Origin: Candidatus Omnitrophota bacterium
GTDB taxonomy: Bacteria > Omnitrophota > Omnitrophia > Omnitrophales > Aquincolibacteriaceae
NCBI GenBank assembly: GCA_023247035.1
Contig: JAHFHG010000003.1
Span: 15,081 to 79,080 of the forward strand
Direction of reading: 5' to 3'
DNA length: 64,000 bases
Position numbers and translations under genes: made by a program. Below the pieces are notes generated by a model. That model ran no database searches. It was not told where the DNA came from and saw nothing but the letters and a program-made list of their open reading frames with translations. Position 1 is the stretch's first letter. Each line of letters starts with the position of its first letter. Shown piece by piece: positions 48,187-57,767 of this stretch.

Positions 48187-49734
48187 ATGAAAGTCGGTTG
48201 TGTTTTTTCACAGGATGATTACGCAAGCAAAGAGAAACCTCTTAAAAATGCGGCAGAAATTCCTTACGGCATTTCCATCATTGCCACCATCCTTAAAGTC
48301 AATCGTCATGATACCCGCCTTTTCGTTTTTTGCCCGGTCTCGCCGGTCGAAGAAATCCTCGAAGGTTATATAAGAACGGAACGCCCGCGTTTATTTTGCC
48401 TTTCGGCGGTTTCATCCCAATTTCTTTATATTGAAAAGGTAGCTCGTATTATCAAAAAAATTGACCCGAGTATTTTTGTCATTTTGGGAGGGCACCACGC
48501 CTCTCTGGCCCCCGAAAATGCCATTCAATCTCCTAACCTGGACGCCATTTGTATTGGAGAAGGGGATTTTGCAATTCAGGAATTAGCCGTCCAAATTGAA
48601 AAAGGGGAAAAGGTCACCCAAATTTCAGGGCTCTGGATTAAGGATAAAACAACGGAATGCATCGAGAAAAACCCTACTCGTCCCTTTCTGCAAGAGCTTG
48701 AAACCCTGCCTTTCATCGACCGCACGATGTGGGAACCCTGGATCCTGTTTCGGGATGAGCAAGCCTCCATCCTCGTCGGCCGGGGCTGCCCTTTTAAATG
48801 CACTTATTGCTCCAATCACGCTATTGCCAAATTGTCGGAAGGAACCTTTGTCCGGTTTCGTCCTCCTCACGATTTAGTCGGGGAAATCAAATATGTGTCG
48901 GAGCAGTATCCTAATCTCAGAAAATTTTATTTGGAAGTAGAGACCATTGGTGCTTATATCACCAAGGCGAAAGAATTATTCCGCGCAATCGCAGATTACA
49001 ATGGCTCTCGAGAAGAAAAATTAACCTTTAGTATGAATCTGGCGGTTCATTCTGCTTTTATGAGAAATAGAGAAGATGTCAGAGAGTTCTTCAGTTATTG
49101 CAGGGACGCGAATGTGGTCAATCTCAATATCGGCCTTGAATCCGGCTCGGAGAGAATGCGTAAGGAGATTCTTCGCCGGCCCCGCTATACGAATAAAGAG
49201 CTGGTTGAATTTGCAGCCATCGCTAAAGAGTTTGGAATCACTATTTCCCTCTATGTCTTAATGGGCCTTCCGACTGAAACCCCGAAGGATTTTGCCGAGA
49301 CTGTTCAAGCGGTGAGGGATATCAATCCGAATGAAGTCTCTTTATCTATTTTTTATCCTTATATAGGCACCGATTTATACAACATTTCAAAGGAATATGC
49401 CCCTGATGTGGATTTAGACCCGCGCGCTGAACGCACCAAAGCTGTTTTGAATATTCCGACCTTCCCCAGATGGCGGATTCGGTTGGAATACGTCCTTTTC
49501 TGGTACAAAGCTTTTAGAGGAAATTGGCCTCTTTTCAAGATATTCAGTTATATGGTGAAGGCCTACATTTCACCTCATGAAAACCTTCAGCGAGCTTACC
49601 GGTTTTTGATTAAGAAAAGCAGGTTCTTGTACCGGTTAAAAAATTTAGTTACGAAAAATTCAGTTACGATTACCGGGAAGTCAGCCGCAATCTTTCATGG
49701 GGAACGTGCCTTGGTCTCAGAAAGACTGGCTTAA
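48187..49734 (+). CDS. B12-binding-domain radical SAM enzyme (class B radical SAM, methyltransferase-type)
   Basis: N-terminal B12-binding-like domain, then VGRGCPFKCTYCSNH (CxxxCxxC). Confidence 0.75.
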   Translation: MKVGCVFSQDDYASKEKPLKNAAEIPYGISIIATILKVNRHDTRLFVFCPVSPVEEILEGYIRTERPRLFCLSAVSSQFLYIEKVARIIKKIDPSIFVILGGHHASLAPENAIQSPNLDAICIGEGDFAIQELAVQIEKGEKVTQISGLWIKDKTTECIEKNPTRPFLQELETLPFIDRTMWEPWILFRDEQASILVGRGCPFKCTYCSNHAIAKLSEGTFVRFRPPHDLVGEIKYVSEQYPNLRKFYLEVETIGAYITKAKELFRAIADYNGSREEKLTFSMNLAVHSAFMRNREDVREFFSYCRDANVVNLNIGLESGSERMRKEILRRPRYTNKELVEFAAIAKEFGITISLYVLMGLPTETPKDFAETVQAVRDINPNEVSLSIFYPYIGTDLYNISKEYAPDVDLDPRAERTKAVLNIPTFPRWRIRLEYVLFWYKAFRGNWPLFKIFSYMVKAYISPHENLQRAYRFLIKKSRFLYRLKNLVTKNSVTITGKSAAIFHGERALVSERLA

Positions 49735-49810
49735 CGCGATTATTTAACAGATTTTCGTACGTTCCATCGACTGCGAAGTGCCCCGTGTTAAGTTCTAAAC
49801 ACAACTTCCC

Positions 49811-51226
49811 ATGAAACTCAATTCTTCCAAAAGTCCTTCTCAGGGCGCCACGCTTTTTTTTATCGGCGGCTTGGCGGATATCGATTTGGCCACGAACCAA
49901 TCTTTAAAGAACACAATTAAATACTTGTCCGAGTTCGGTTATAACGCCCATTATTTTGGCGCTTTTCCCGCAGGTTATAAGATTCTTCAGGATCCCAAGA
50001 AGATTTTTAATGAGCGCGTTGTTTTTCACCGGTCGCCTCATTTTCTGACGCCCTTCTTTGATGGTGCGAAGTTTTTGAAAGATGCATTGGGGAGGCCGCG
50101 AAAGAAAGAACTGCAACTGAATCAGCTGAAGGCTGAGCGGAAAGTTAGATATACAGATGAATATAATCGGATAGCTCTTTTAGCTTATATGGGTTTTTTC
50201 TATATCTACTTAGCGATCGAGTCCTTTCGCGTGTTTTACTATACTCTTAAATTAAAACCGGACCTCTTTTACGGGATCGCAGGGCCGGGAAATGCTTTGG
50301 CGACACTCTTTGGTAAGCTCTTCGGTAAGCCTGCGATTCATCGATGGCAGGGATCTCACGGGTGTATGGCAGAAGACGTGCAAAGAAACAAGATACGGGT
50401 TTTCGACAAATTTATTCTTCCCGACTCCTCCTTTTCTTATTGGCTTCCATCCGATGCAGTAATTATGACGAATGACGGCTCGGGCGGAGACAAAAACTTG
50501 CGTTTATTGGGGATTCCGCCGGAGAAAATTCACTTTTTGATGAACGGGCTTGATCTCGAGGATATGACTCTTCCGCCCAATTGGGATCCTGAAGCGTTTA
50601 AAAGATCTCTGGGCCTTCAGGATAAAAAAATTTTGATTATGGTCTCACGTCTGGTCTTATGGAAACGAGTGGATCGAGGGATCAGATGTCTTGCTCATTT
50701 AGTGAATGAACTCGGGTTAAAAGATGTGGTATTGCTGATCTTGGGAGAAGGGCAAGTGAAAGCAAATCTGGAAGTACTTGCCAGAGAGCTTGGGCTTGCG
50801 GATCATGTGAGATTCGCGGGAGCAATCCCGCATAATCAGGTTGTCCAGTATTATTCCATCGCCGAGGCCTTTATCTCGCTTTATGACATTTCCAATATCG
50901 GAAACCCGCTTCTGGAGGCTATGTATTGCAGCTTGCCTATCTTTACGCTCGACGACGGCAGTGCGGATGAATTGCTCAAAGATGGGCAGAATGCTTTTTT
51001 GATCCCCTTTGAAAAGCTCGACAAAGAGTTGCCTTTAAAAGTCAAAGCCCTTTTAACGGACGAATCTTTGCGACTTAGAATCAGGGAGAATGTCAAAAAA
51101 ACGTTTCACGCCAAAGTTCTTTCCTGGGAAGACCGTATGGCAGTTGAAGATCAGATCATTCGAAAACTACTTTTATCCTCCAAATCGCCGGCTTTGGTTC
51201 CTCTCGCCGAAAATGTTTCAAAGTAA
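49811..51226 (+). CDS. Glycosyltransferase family 4 with an N-terminal extension, paralog 1
   Basis: GT4 C-terminal block RLVLWKRVDRG...EAMYCSLPIFTLDDGSADELL (EX7E). Paralog of the next gene along the whole length. Confidence 0.75.
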   Translation: MKLNSSKSPSQGATLFFIGGLADIDLATNQSLKNTIKYLSEFGYNAHYFGAFPAGYKILQDPKKIFNERVVFHRSPHFLTPFFDGAKFLKDALGRPRKKELQLNQLKAERKVRYTDEYNRIALLAYMGFFYIYLAIESFRVFYYTLKLKPDLFYGIAGPGNALATLFGKLFGKPAIHRWQGSHGCMAEDVQRNKIRVFDKFILPDSSFSYWLPSDAVIMTNDGSGGDKNLRLLGIPPEKIHFLMNGLDLEDMTLPPNWDPEAFKRSLGLQDKKILIMVSRLVLWKRVDRGIRCLAHLVNELGLKDVVLLILGEGQVKANLEVLARELGLADHVRFAGAIPHNQVVQYYSIAEAFISLYDISNIGNPLLEAMYCSLPIFTLDDGSADELLKDGQNAFLIPFEKLDKELPLKVKALLTDESLRLRIRENVKKTFHAKVLSWEDRMAVEDQIIRKLLLSSKSPALVPLAENVSK

Positions 51227-52607
51227 ATCTGCTTCTACTCCTGAGACTCTTTTTTTTATCGGTGGTTTGACAGATATGGATCTTGCCAGCAATCAATCTG
51301 TTAAAAACACCCTGAAATACCTTTCCCAATTCGGCTACCTTATCCATTTTTTCAGCGCCTTTCCCGAGGATTACCGAATTCTGCAAAACCCCCAAGAGGC
51401 CTTAGGGGGGCGCGTCGTCTTTCACCGGACGCCCAGGTTTTTGACTCCTCTCTATGACTTTATTAAATTTTTGAAAGATATTTTAGGAATGCGCCGCAAA
51501 AAAAATAGCCGTAAAAAAATCAATCCGGCCGAAAAAATCCGATATTTTGACGAATACAATCTCATGGGGCGTTTGTTTTACATTGCGTTCTTCCTTTTCT
51601 ATGTTCCGGTTGAAATGATCCGCGTTTCTTTTTATTATTTTCAGCTCAAACCCCAACTTTTTTACGGGCTCAATGGCCAGGGAACCGCCTTGGCTTCTTT
51701 TTTAGGAAAGCTTTACCGCAAACCCACTATTCAAAGGTGGCACGGATCTTTCTACACCGAAGAAGATGTTAAGAAGATACAAACGCGGTGGATCGACAAG
51801 TTTCTCGCCCTTGACGGCGGATTTTCCAAATGGCTTCCATCGGATGCTGTCATCATCACCAATGATGGAACCCAAGGAGATAAAGTATTTCGCATGATCG
51901 GGGTTCCTCCAGAAAAAATCCATTTTTGGATGAACGGAATGGATCTGGAAGGCATGAGCCTGCCGCCGGATTGGGATACTCAAAGGTTCAAAGAAGGATT
52001 GAGCCTTTCCGGCAAAAAAATCGTGATGATGGCTTCCCGGCTGGTCTTATGGAAACGCGTCGACCGCGGGCTGGACTGTCTCTACCGCCTAGTGAACGAC
52101 TACGGAATGGACGACGTTGTGCTTCTCATTTTGGGGCAGGGACAGGAAGATGAGCCCCTGCAGGCCTTGACGAAGGCATTGAATCTTGAGCCGTATGTCC
52201 GGTTTTTAGGCGCCGTTCCCCACCCTCAAATGGCGAAATACTATTCGATTGCAGATGTCTTTTTAAATCTGTACGATGTTTCCAATCTCAGCAATCCTTT
52301 ATTAGAAGCGATGTGCTGCGGCGCGCCCATAGTGACGCTTGACGATGGAAGTACGGCCGGATTGCTTCAAGAGGGCGTCAATGCTTTTTTAGTCCCTCAC
52401 GAGAAACTGGAAACGGATTTACCCTTGAGAGTCAGAGATCTTTTGACGGATGCCTCCTTAAGACGGCGGATTCAAGAGAACGCAAAAAAAAGCTTCCATG
52501 AAAAAGTTCTTTCCTGGCGTGAGCGAATGCTCCTTGAGCACGAGCTTCTTCAAGGCTTTATGCCCAAGCAGAAAAAAGTTGTTTCGGAAGCTCAAGTCCT
52601 CGTGTGA
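51213..52607 (+). CDS. Glycosyltransferase family 4, paralog 2
   Basis: RLVLWKRVDRG...EAMCCGAPIVTLDDGSTAGLL. ATG 51213 overlaps the upstream gene by 14 nt. Confidence 0.75.
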   Translation: MFQSKSASTPETLFFIGGLTDMDLASNQSVKNTLKYLSQFGYLIHFFSAFPEDYRILQNPQEALGGRVVFHRTPRFLTPLYDFIKFLKDILGMRRKKNSRKKINPAEKIRYFDEYNLMGRLFYIAFFLFYVPVEMIRVSFYYFQLKPQLFYGLNGQGTALASFLGKLYRKPTIQRWHGSFYTEEDVKKIQTRWIDKFLALDGGFSKWLPSDAVIITNDGTQGDKVFRMIGVPPEKIHFWMNGMDLEGMSLPPDWDTQRFKEGLSLSGKKIVMMASRLVLWKRVDRGLDCLYRLVNDYGMDDVVLLILGQGQEDEPLQALTKALNLEPYVRFLGAVPHPQMAKYYSIADVFLNLYDVSNLSNPLLEAMCCGAPIVTLDDGSTAGLLQEGVNAFLVPHEKLETDLPLRVRDLLTDASLRRRIQENAKKSFHEKVLSWRERMLLEHELLQGFMPKQKKVVSEAQVLV

Positions 52608-52610
52608 AAG

Positions 52611-53654
52611 ATGAACCCCGAAGAAGAATTGCCTTTCGCGTCACTGATTGTCCCTTGCCGGAATGAACAAAAGCACATTGCGGCCTGCCTCGATTCTATT
52701 TTAAATAATGATTATCCTCGCGGCCGTCTTGAAATTATTGTGGTAGACGGCTTAAGCGAAGACGGCACCCGAAGTATTTTGGAATCTTACCGCCGCAAAT
52801 ATCCTTTTATCCAAATCTTGGATAATCCGAAATGCTATGTTTCTTCGGCGATGAATCGCGGTCTTAGGCAGGCGAAAGGGGGCATCATTTTTAAGATGGA
52901 TGCCCATGCCGACTACCCGCCGGATTATCTTACTCAATGCGCCGGTTTTCTCTGCAAAACTCAAGCGCAAAACGTCGGGGGGAAATTTGTGGTGCGTCCG
53001 GGAGATCAAACGAAAGTGGCGAAAGGGATCGCGCTTGCTATGGGGCACCCGTTCGGAGGCGGCAACTATTATCGCTGGATGCATGCCCGCCGGTCGCCTA
53101 CCGAAGTGGAAACCGTTTCTTTTGGATGTTTTAAAAAAAAATTTTTCGATCAACACGGCCTTTCTTTTAATGAAAACTTAGCGAGAGGGGAAGATGTGGA
53201 AATCAATGCCCGCATCAAAAGGCTGGGCGGTAAAGTTATCTTTACTCCGGACATTCAATTCAATTATTATTGCCGGGCGGGTTTGAAGGAGTTCTGGAGG
53301 CATCAATACAGTTCCGGATTCTGGAATGTTTATGGAGCGCGGTACGGCACTCGATTGACGGTCCGCGCCCTGATTCCTTTGACGGCTCTCTTAACGTTGG
53401 GAGCAATGACCGTGCTTTCGACTTTATTTCCGCAATCCCTTGCGGTTCTCTCCTTATTGATTACATTGTATTTGATAATAAACCTCGGGATTTCCTTGAA
53501 ACTGGCTTGGAAACAAAAAGAACCTGTTTTTTTCATTTTAATGCCTATTGTTTTTGCAACCCTCCACCTCAGTTTTGCCTGCGGGGCTTTTCGCGGGACG
53601 TTGAAAAAATATGCGCACGCTTTCCAACCTCAAGCCGCCTTCGCAAAGACCTAG
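52611..53654 (+). CDS. Glycosyltransferase family 2 with C-terminal TM helices
   Basis: ASLIVPCRNEQKHIAACLDSIL, DGLSED, catalytic-region motifs, two C-terminal TM segments. Confidence 0.75.
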   Translation: MNPEEELPFASLIVPCRNEQKHIAACLDSILNNDYPRGRLEIIVVDGLSEDGTRSILESYRRKYPFIQILDNPKCYVSSAMNRGLRQAKGGIIFKMDAHADYPPDYLTQCAGFLCKTQAQNVGGKFVVRPGDQTKVAKGIALAMGHPFGGGNYYRWMHARRSPTEVETVSFGCFKKKFFDQHGLSFNENLARGEDVEINARIKRLGGKVIFTPDIQFNYYCRAGLKEFWRHQYSSGFWNVYGARYGTRLTVRALIPLTALLTLGAMTVLSTLFPQSLAVLSLLITLYLIINLGISLKLAWKQKEPVFFILMPIVFATLHLSFACGAFRGTLKKYAHAFQPQAAFAKT

Positions 53655-54468
53655 CCTTCAAGGCCTTCGGGTCGCTTTTCTGATGAGCGTCTACCGGGAG
53701 GAGCGCCCTGAATTCCTCCGGCAATCCCTTGAAAGTATGTGCCGGCAAACCTACGGCAATCTGGACATCCATATTTTTGAGGACGGAAATCTGGGGGAGG
53801 AGCTTTCGCAAGTTTTGTTTTTTTATGGGGGCCGGCATTCGAATTTATTTTTTCACCGGCACGCAGAAAATCGCGGGCTGGCGGTATGCCTCAATGAATT
53901 GATCGAAAAATTGAAAGACAGCTACGATTATTTTGCCAGAATGGACTCCGATGACGTTTCTTTCCCTGACCGGGTGCAGAAACAGGTGGAGTTCCTGGAA
54001 GCTCATCCCGAGATCGATGTGGTCGGCGGCTCGATTTTGGACATCGATGAATCCGGCCGGTATCTTAAAGAGGTCCGTTATCCCGAAGACCATCAAACAA
54101 TCGTGAAATTTTTTCAAAAACGAAACCCGATGGCCCACGCGGCCGTGATGTACCGCAGAAGCTATTTCGAAAAGGCGGGGCTTTATCCTCCGGTCCGGCT
54201 GGAGGACGGGTTGTACTGGATGCAGGGCATCATGGCAGGGTGCCGGTTCCACAATATCCCGGATTTCCTTTTGGGCGTCCGGCGCACCGAGGATTTTCTC
54301 AAGCGAAGATCTGGATTGAAGAAAGCCTGGGATGAGTTTAAAATCAAGCTCACCATTAACCGCCGACTGGGGTTTGGGGCAGTCGCTTATCTTTACTCCG
54401 TAGCGATTTTTCTCATGCAGCTCTTGCCCATTCCGATTAAAAAAATTTTGTATGAAAAATTACGATAA
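53611..54468 (+). CDS. Glycosyltransferase family 2
   Basis: VAFLMSVYREERPEFLRQSLESMCRQTY, DSDD (DxD), ...AHAAVMYRRS. Confidence 0.7.
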   Translation: MRTLSNLKPPSQRPSLQGLRVAFLMSVYREERPEFLRQSLESMCRQTYGNLDIHIFEDGNLGEELSQVLFFYGGRHSNLFFHRHAENRGLAVCLNELIEKLKDSYDYFARMDSDDVSFPDRVQKQVEFLEAHPEIDVVGGSILDIDESGRYLKEVRYPEDHQTIVKFFQKRNPMAHAAVMYRRSYFEKAGLYPPVRLEDGLYWMQGIMAGCRFHNIPDFLLGVRRTEDFLKRRSGLKKAWDEFKIKLTINRRLGFGAVAYLYSVAIFLMQLLPIPIKKILYEKLR

Positions 54469-55177
54469 AATACGCAACGCGAGCGCGCGGGACGGGCGAC
54501 TGTCCGGCTATTTCGTGCTCAAGCGGTCGCTTGATGTCCTGTTTTCTTTGTTTGCGGTGATTCTCTTGGCGCCGCTTTTTTTCGGGATTGCGGCGTGGAT
54601 CAAGAGGGAGTCGCACGGCCCCGTATTTTTCTCCGGCTTGCGCATCGGAAAAAACGGCCGGCCGTTTCGAATGCTGAAGTTTCGGACCATGATTGCGGAT
54701 GCGGATAAAATCGGCGGCTCTTCAACCCCTGGAGATGACCCGCGCCTTACCCGGGTCGGAAAATTTCTAAGACGGTACAAACTCGACGAACTGCCGCAAT
54801 TTTTGAACGTTCTCCGGGGGGAGATGAGTTTTGTGGGGCCGCGGCCTCAAGTGGAGTGGGCGGTCAAGCTTTACACGGAGGAGGAAAAGGCCGTGATGGG
54901 CGTTTCCCCAGGCATTACAGACTTCGCCTCCATCCGGTTTCGGAACGAAGCGGAAATCCTCCGCGGCAGCAGGAATCCGGATCAAGATTACCTTGAAAAA
55001 ATCGCGCCCGAAAAAATGCGCCTCGCCTTGGAATATGTCAGGAAACAATCTTTGGGAGTGGATTTAAAAATCATTTTAGCGACTGCAGGCACGTTGCTCG
55101 GGCTGCCGCCGGATTGGATTTTTAGAGGCTCCGAGGCGGGCAAAAAAGAACTTATCCCCGAAAATCAAACATCTTAG
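54452..55177 (+). CDS. Small bacterial sugar transferase (PglC/WbaP-C-terminal-like undecaprenyl-phosphate phosphoglycosyltransferase; initiating enzyme)
   Basis: Single N-terminal TM; hallmark KFRTM...DELPQFLNVLRGEMSFVGPRP. Confidence 0.85.
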   Translation: MKNYDKIRNASARDGRLSGYFVLKRSLDVLFSLFAVILLAPLFFGIAAWIKRESHGPVFFSGLRIGKNGRPFRMLKFRTMIADADKIGGSSTPGDDPRLTRVGKFLRRYKLDELPQFLNVLRGEMSFVGPRPQVEWAVKLYTEEEKAVMGVSPGITDFASIRFRNEAEILRGSRNPDQDYLEKIAPEKMRLALEYVRKQSLGVDLKIILATAGTLLGLPPDWIFRGSEAGKKELIPENQTS

Positions 55178-55192
55178 TGAAGGGGAAACGCT

Positions 55193-55993
55193 TTGGTCAA
55201 ACCGCAAGAATTAAAAAAAGGAAATTCCCGGACTCAAAGAGACGGAGTGAAGTCCTTTAAAACGGAAGCCGAACGCCAAGTTGGAAAAAATATCGAGCGC
55301 ATCTTTACCGAAAGTTCCGACAGCGTCGAGATCAAGCTCCGGAATTTTCCCAAATATGTGGGAAGGCAGCACCTCAAACGTTTCTTGGCCTTCTATGAAA
55401 TTTTTAAACGTGTCCTGCCCGTGAAAGGATCCGTTGTCGAGTGCGGCGTTTTTCGGGGATTTGGATTGATGTCCTGGGCCAAGCTGAGCACGATACTGGA
55501 GCCTGAAAATTTGACCCGCCGCATTTACGGCTTCGATACTTTTGAAGGGTTCCCTTCGATCCATCCCAAGGACCAAAGCGGCTACCAAAAGAGCGGAAGC
55601 GGGGACTTCGCAACGCAGAGTTACGACGAACTGCTCCAGCTCATCGGCGAGTATGACAACGACCGGTTTTTGGGATATTTTGAAAAAGTAAAATTGATTC
55701 GCGGCGACATGACCAAGACGATCCCGGATTTTATAAAAGATAATCGGCATTTGATTGTCAGTTTATTGTTTCTGGATTGCGATCTCTATGAACCCACTCG
55801 AGCCGCCCTCCAGCATTTCCTGCCTCGAATGCCGCGGGGAGCCGTTCTGGCGTTTGATGAGCTGGATAATCCGATTTGGCCCGGTGAGACGACGGCGCTT
55901 TTGGAAAATTTTGGAATTCGCAACCTTAAACTCGAGCGTCTGGAATGGGACCCTTATATCAGCTACGCTGTGCTGGACCGGAAAAATCGATGA
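55193..55993 (+). CDS. TylF/MycF-family (macrocin-O-methyltransferase-like) SAM-dependent sugar O-methyltransferase
   Basis: VVECGVFRGFGLMSWA, LFLDCDLYEPTRAAL, GAVLAFDE - a TylF-family pattern. Confidence 0.65.
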   Translation: MVKPQELKKGNSRTQRDGVKSFKTEAERQVGKNIERIFTESSDSVEIKLRNFPKYVGRQHLKRFLAFYEIFKRVLPVKGSVVECGVFRGFGLMSWAKLSTILEPENLTRRIYGFDTFEGFPSIHPKDQSGYQKSGSGDFATQSYDELLQLIGEYDNDRFLGYFEKVKLIRGDMTKTIPDFIKDNRHLIVSLLFLDCDLYEPTRAALQHFLPRMPRGAVLAFDELDNPIWPGETTALLENFGIRNLKLERLEWDPYISYAVLDRKNR

Positions 55994-56838
55994 ATCCTGC
56001 AAGCGGAAAAGTTCTTCGCAAACAAAAACTGTATCCCTCGCTCGCCAAAAGGATCCGGCAGAATGTGCTGCAGATGACGCACGACGCCCGGAGTTCCCAT
56101 GTCGGCACTTCGCTTTCAATGGCCGATCTCCTGGCGGTCCTTTACGGCGGCATTTTACGCGTGCGGCCCGAGGAGCCGGATTGGCCCGCGCGCGACCGGT
56201 TCATTCTCAGCAAGGGGCACGGCTGCGCCGGCCTGTACGCGGCGCTGGCCGAGAGGGGATTTTTTCCCCGGGCCTGGCTCGAGAATTTTTATCAAAATGG
56301 CTCGCGCCTTGCCGGACATGCGACTCACCACGGCGTCCCGGGAGTTGAGGTTTCGACCGGATCTTTGGGGCACGGTTTGCCGATGGCCTGCGGAATGGCG
56401 GTGGCCGGCAAGCGGGGCGGTGAAGATTACCGTGTTTTTGCGCTCTTGAGCGACGGCGAGTGTGACGAAGGTTCGGTTTGGGAAGCGGCCTTGTTCGCCT
56501 CGCACCATAAACTCGACCATTTGACTGTGATTGTGGATTACAACAAAATCCAAAGCCTCGGAGCAGTGAAAGATATTCTGTCCCTAGATCCTTTCATCGC
56601 CAAATGGGAGGCCTTCGGCTGGAGCGCGCGCGAGATTGACGGCCACGATACGGACAAAATCGAAAAGGCCTTTAAAGAAATGCCTTTCAAAGAAGGGAAG
56701 CCGAGCTGTTTGATCGCCCACACTTTGAAAGGCAAGGGAGTCGGCTTCATGGAAAATGCGCTTCTTTGGCATTACCGTTCGCCTGACGTTGAAGAGTTGA
56801 GGCGCGCCTTGAAAGAATTGGACGGGGGCGAAGAATGA
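55990..56838 (+). CDS. Transketolase N-terminal (ThDP/PP-binding) subunit, split form
   Basis: HVGTSLSMADLLAVLY...DRFILSKGH...GSLGHGL...LLSDGECDEGSVWEA; ATGA overlap with the upstream stop (ORF-track start 55945). Confidence 0.8.
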   Translation: MNPASGKVLRKQKLYPSLAKRIRQNVLQMTHDARSSHVGTSLSMADLLAVLYGGILRVRPEEPDWPARDRFILSKGHGCAGLYAALAERGFFPRAWLENFYQNGSRLAGHATHHGVPGVEVSTGSLGHGLPMACGMAVAGKRGGEDYRVFALLSDGECDEGSVWEAALFASHHKLDHLTVIVDYNKIQSLGAVKDILSLDPFIAKWEAFGWSAREIDGHDTDKIEKAFKEMPFKEGKPSCLIAHTLKGKGVGFMENALLWHYRSPDVEELRRALKELDGGEE

Positions 56839-57767
56839 GGACCGCTTTTTTCCGTACGCTCCTGGATTTAGCGGCGCAGGATGAGCGGATCCACCTTGTC
56901 GTCGCTGATATCGGTTTCGGCGCGGTCGAGCCCTTTGCAGAAAGGTATCCCGACCGCTTTCTTAATGTGGGAGTGGCGGAACAGAATATGATCGGGATCT
57001 CCGCGGGCCTGGCATTAAGCGGCAAGGTTGTCTTTGCTTATTCGATCAGTAATTTCCCAACGCTGCGCTGCCTGGAACAAATCCGCAACGACGTTTGTTA
57101 TCATAATGCAAGCGTCAAAGTTGTGGCGGTCGGCGGAGGATTCACCTACGGCGCTTTGGGGATGTCTCACCACGTTACGGAAGACATCGCCATTTTGAGA
57201 GCGCTTCCCAATATGACGGTCGTGGCCCCCGGAGATCCGGTGGAAACGGAATACGCAACCCGCGCCCTGGCCGCTTATCAAGGCCCTTGCTATTTGCGGC
57301 TGGGAAGGGCAGGAGAGCCGGTCATTCATAAACAAGGAATTGATTTTCAATTGGGGAAGGCGATTGAGGTTCGTCCCGGAAGTGACCTGACTTTGATTTC
57401 GACGGGCGGCCTCTTGGAAATCGCGGTTCAAGCCGCGGAGGCCTTGGAGGCTTGCGGGGCGCAAGTGCGCGTGCTCAGTATGCCTACGGTAAAGCCTTTG
57501 GATCAGGAAGCCGTGCTTGCCGCCGCCCGGGAAACGCCTGCGATCGCGACGCTGGAAGAGCACAGCGTGCTCGGAGGGCTCGGAGGAGCGGTCGCTGAAG
57601 TCCTGGCTGAATCCCTAGCAGAAAAGGTTCTTTTTAAAAGGTTAGGCCTGCCTTCGGTTTTTTCCTCCCACATTGGCGATCAGAATTATTTACGCGCAGC
57701 TTACGGTCTTTCGAAAAGCGGCATTGTGGAATCTTTGAAATCCCTTTTAGACCTCGTGCGAAAATGA
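56835..57767 (+). CDS. Transketolase C-terminal (Pyr + C-terminal domain) subunit, split form
   Basis: GVAEQNMIGISAGLALSGK...YSISNF...GPSH (here GMSHH)...TLEEHSVLGGLG. Confidence 0.8.
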   Translation: MRTAFFRTLLDLAAQDERIHLVVADIGFGAVEPFAERYPDRFLNVGVAEQNMIGISAGLALSGKVVFAYSISNFPTLRCLEQIRNDVCYHNASVKVVAVGGGFTYGALGMSHHVTEDIAILRALPNMTVVAPGDPVETEYATRALAAYQGPCYLRLGRAGEPVIHKQGIDFQLGKAIEVRPGSDLTLISTGGLLEIAVQAAEALEACGAQVRVLSMPTVKPLDQEAVLAAARETPAIATLEEHSVLGGLGGAVAEVLAESLAEKVLFKRLGLPSVFSSHIGDQNYLRAAYGLSKSGIVESLKSLLDLVRK

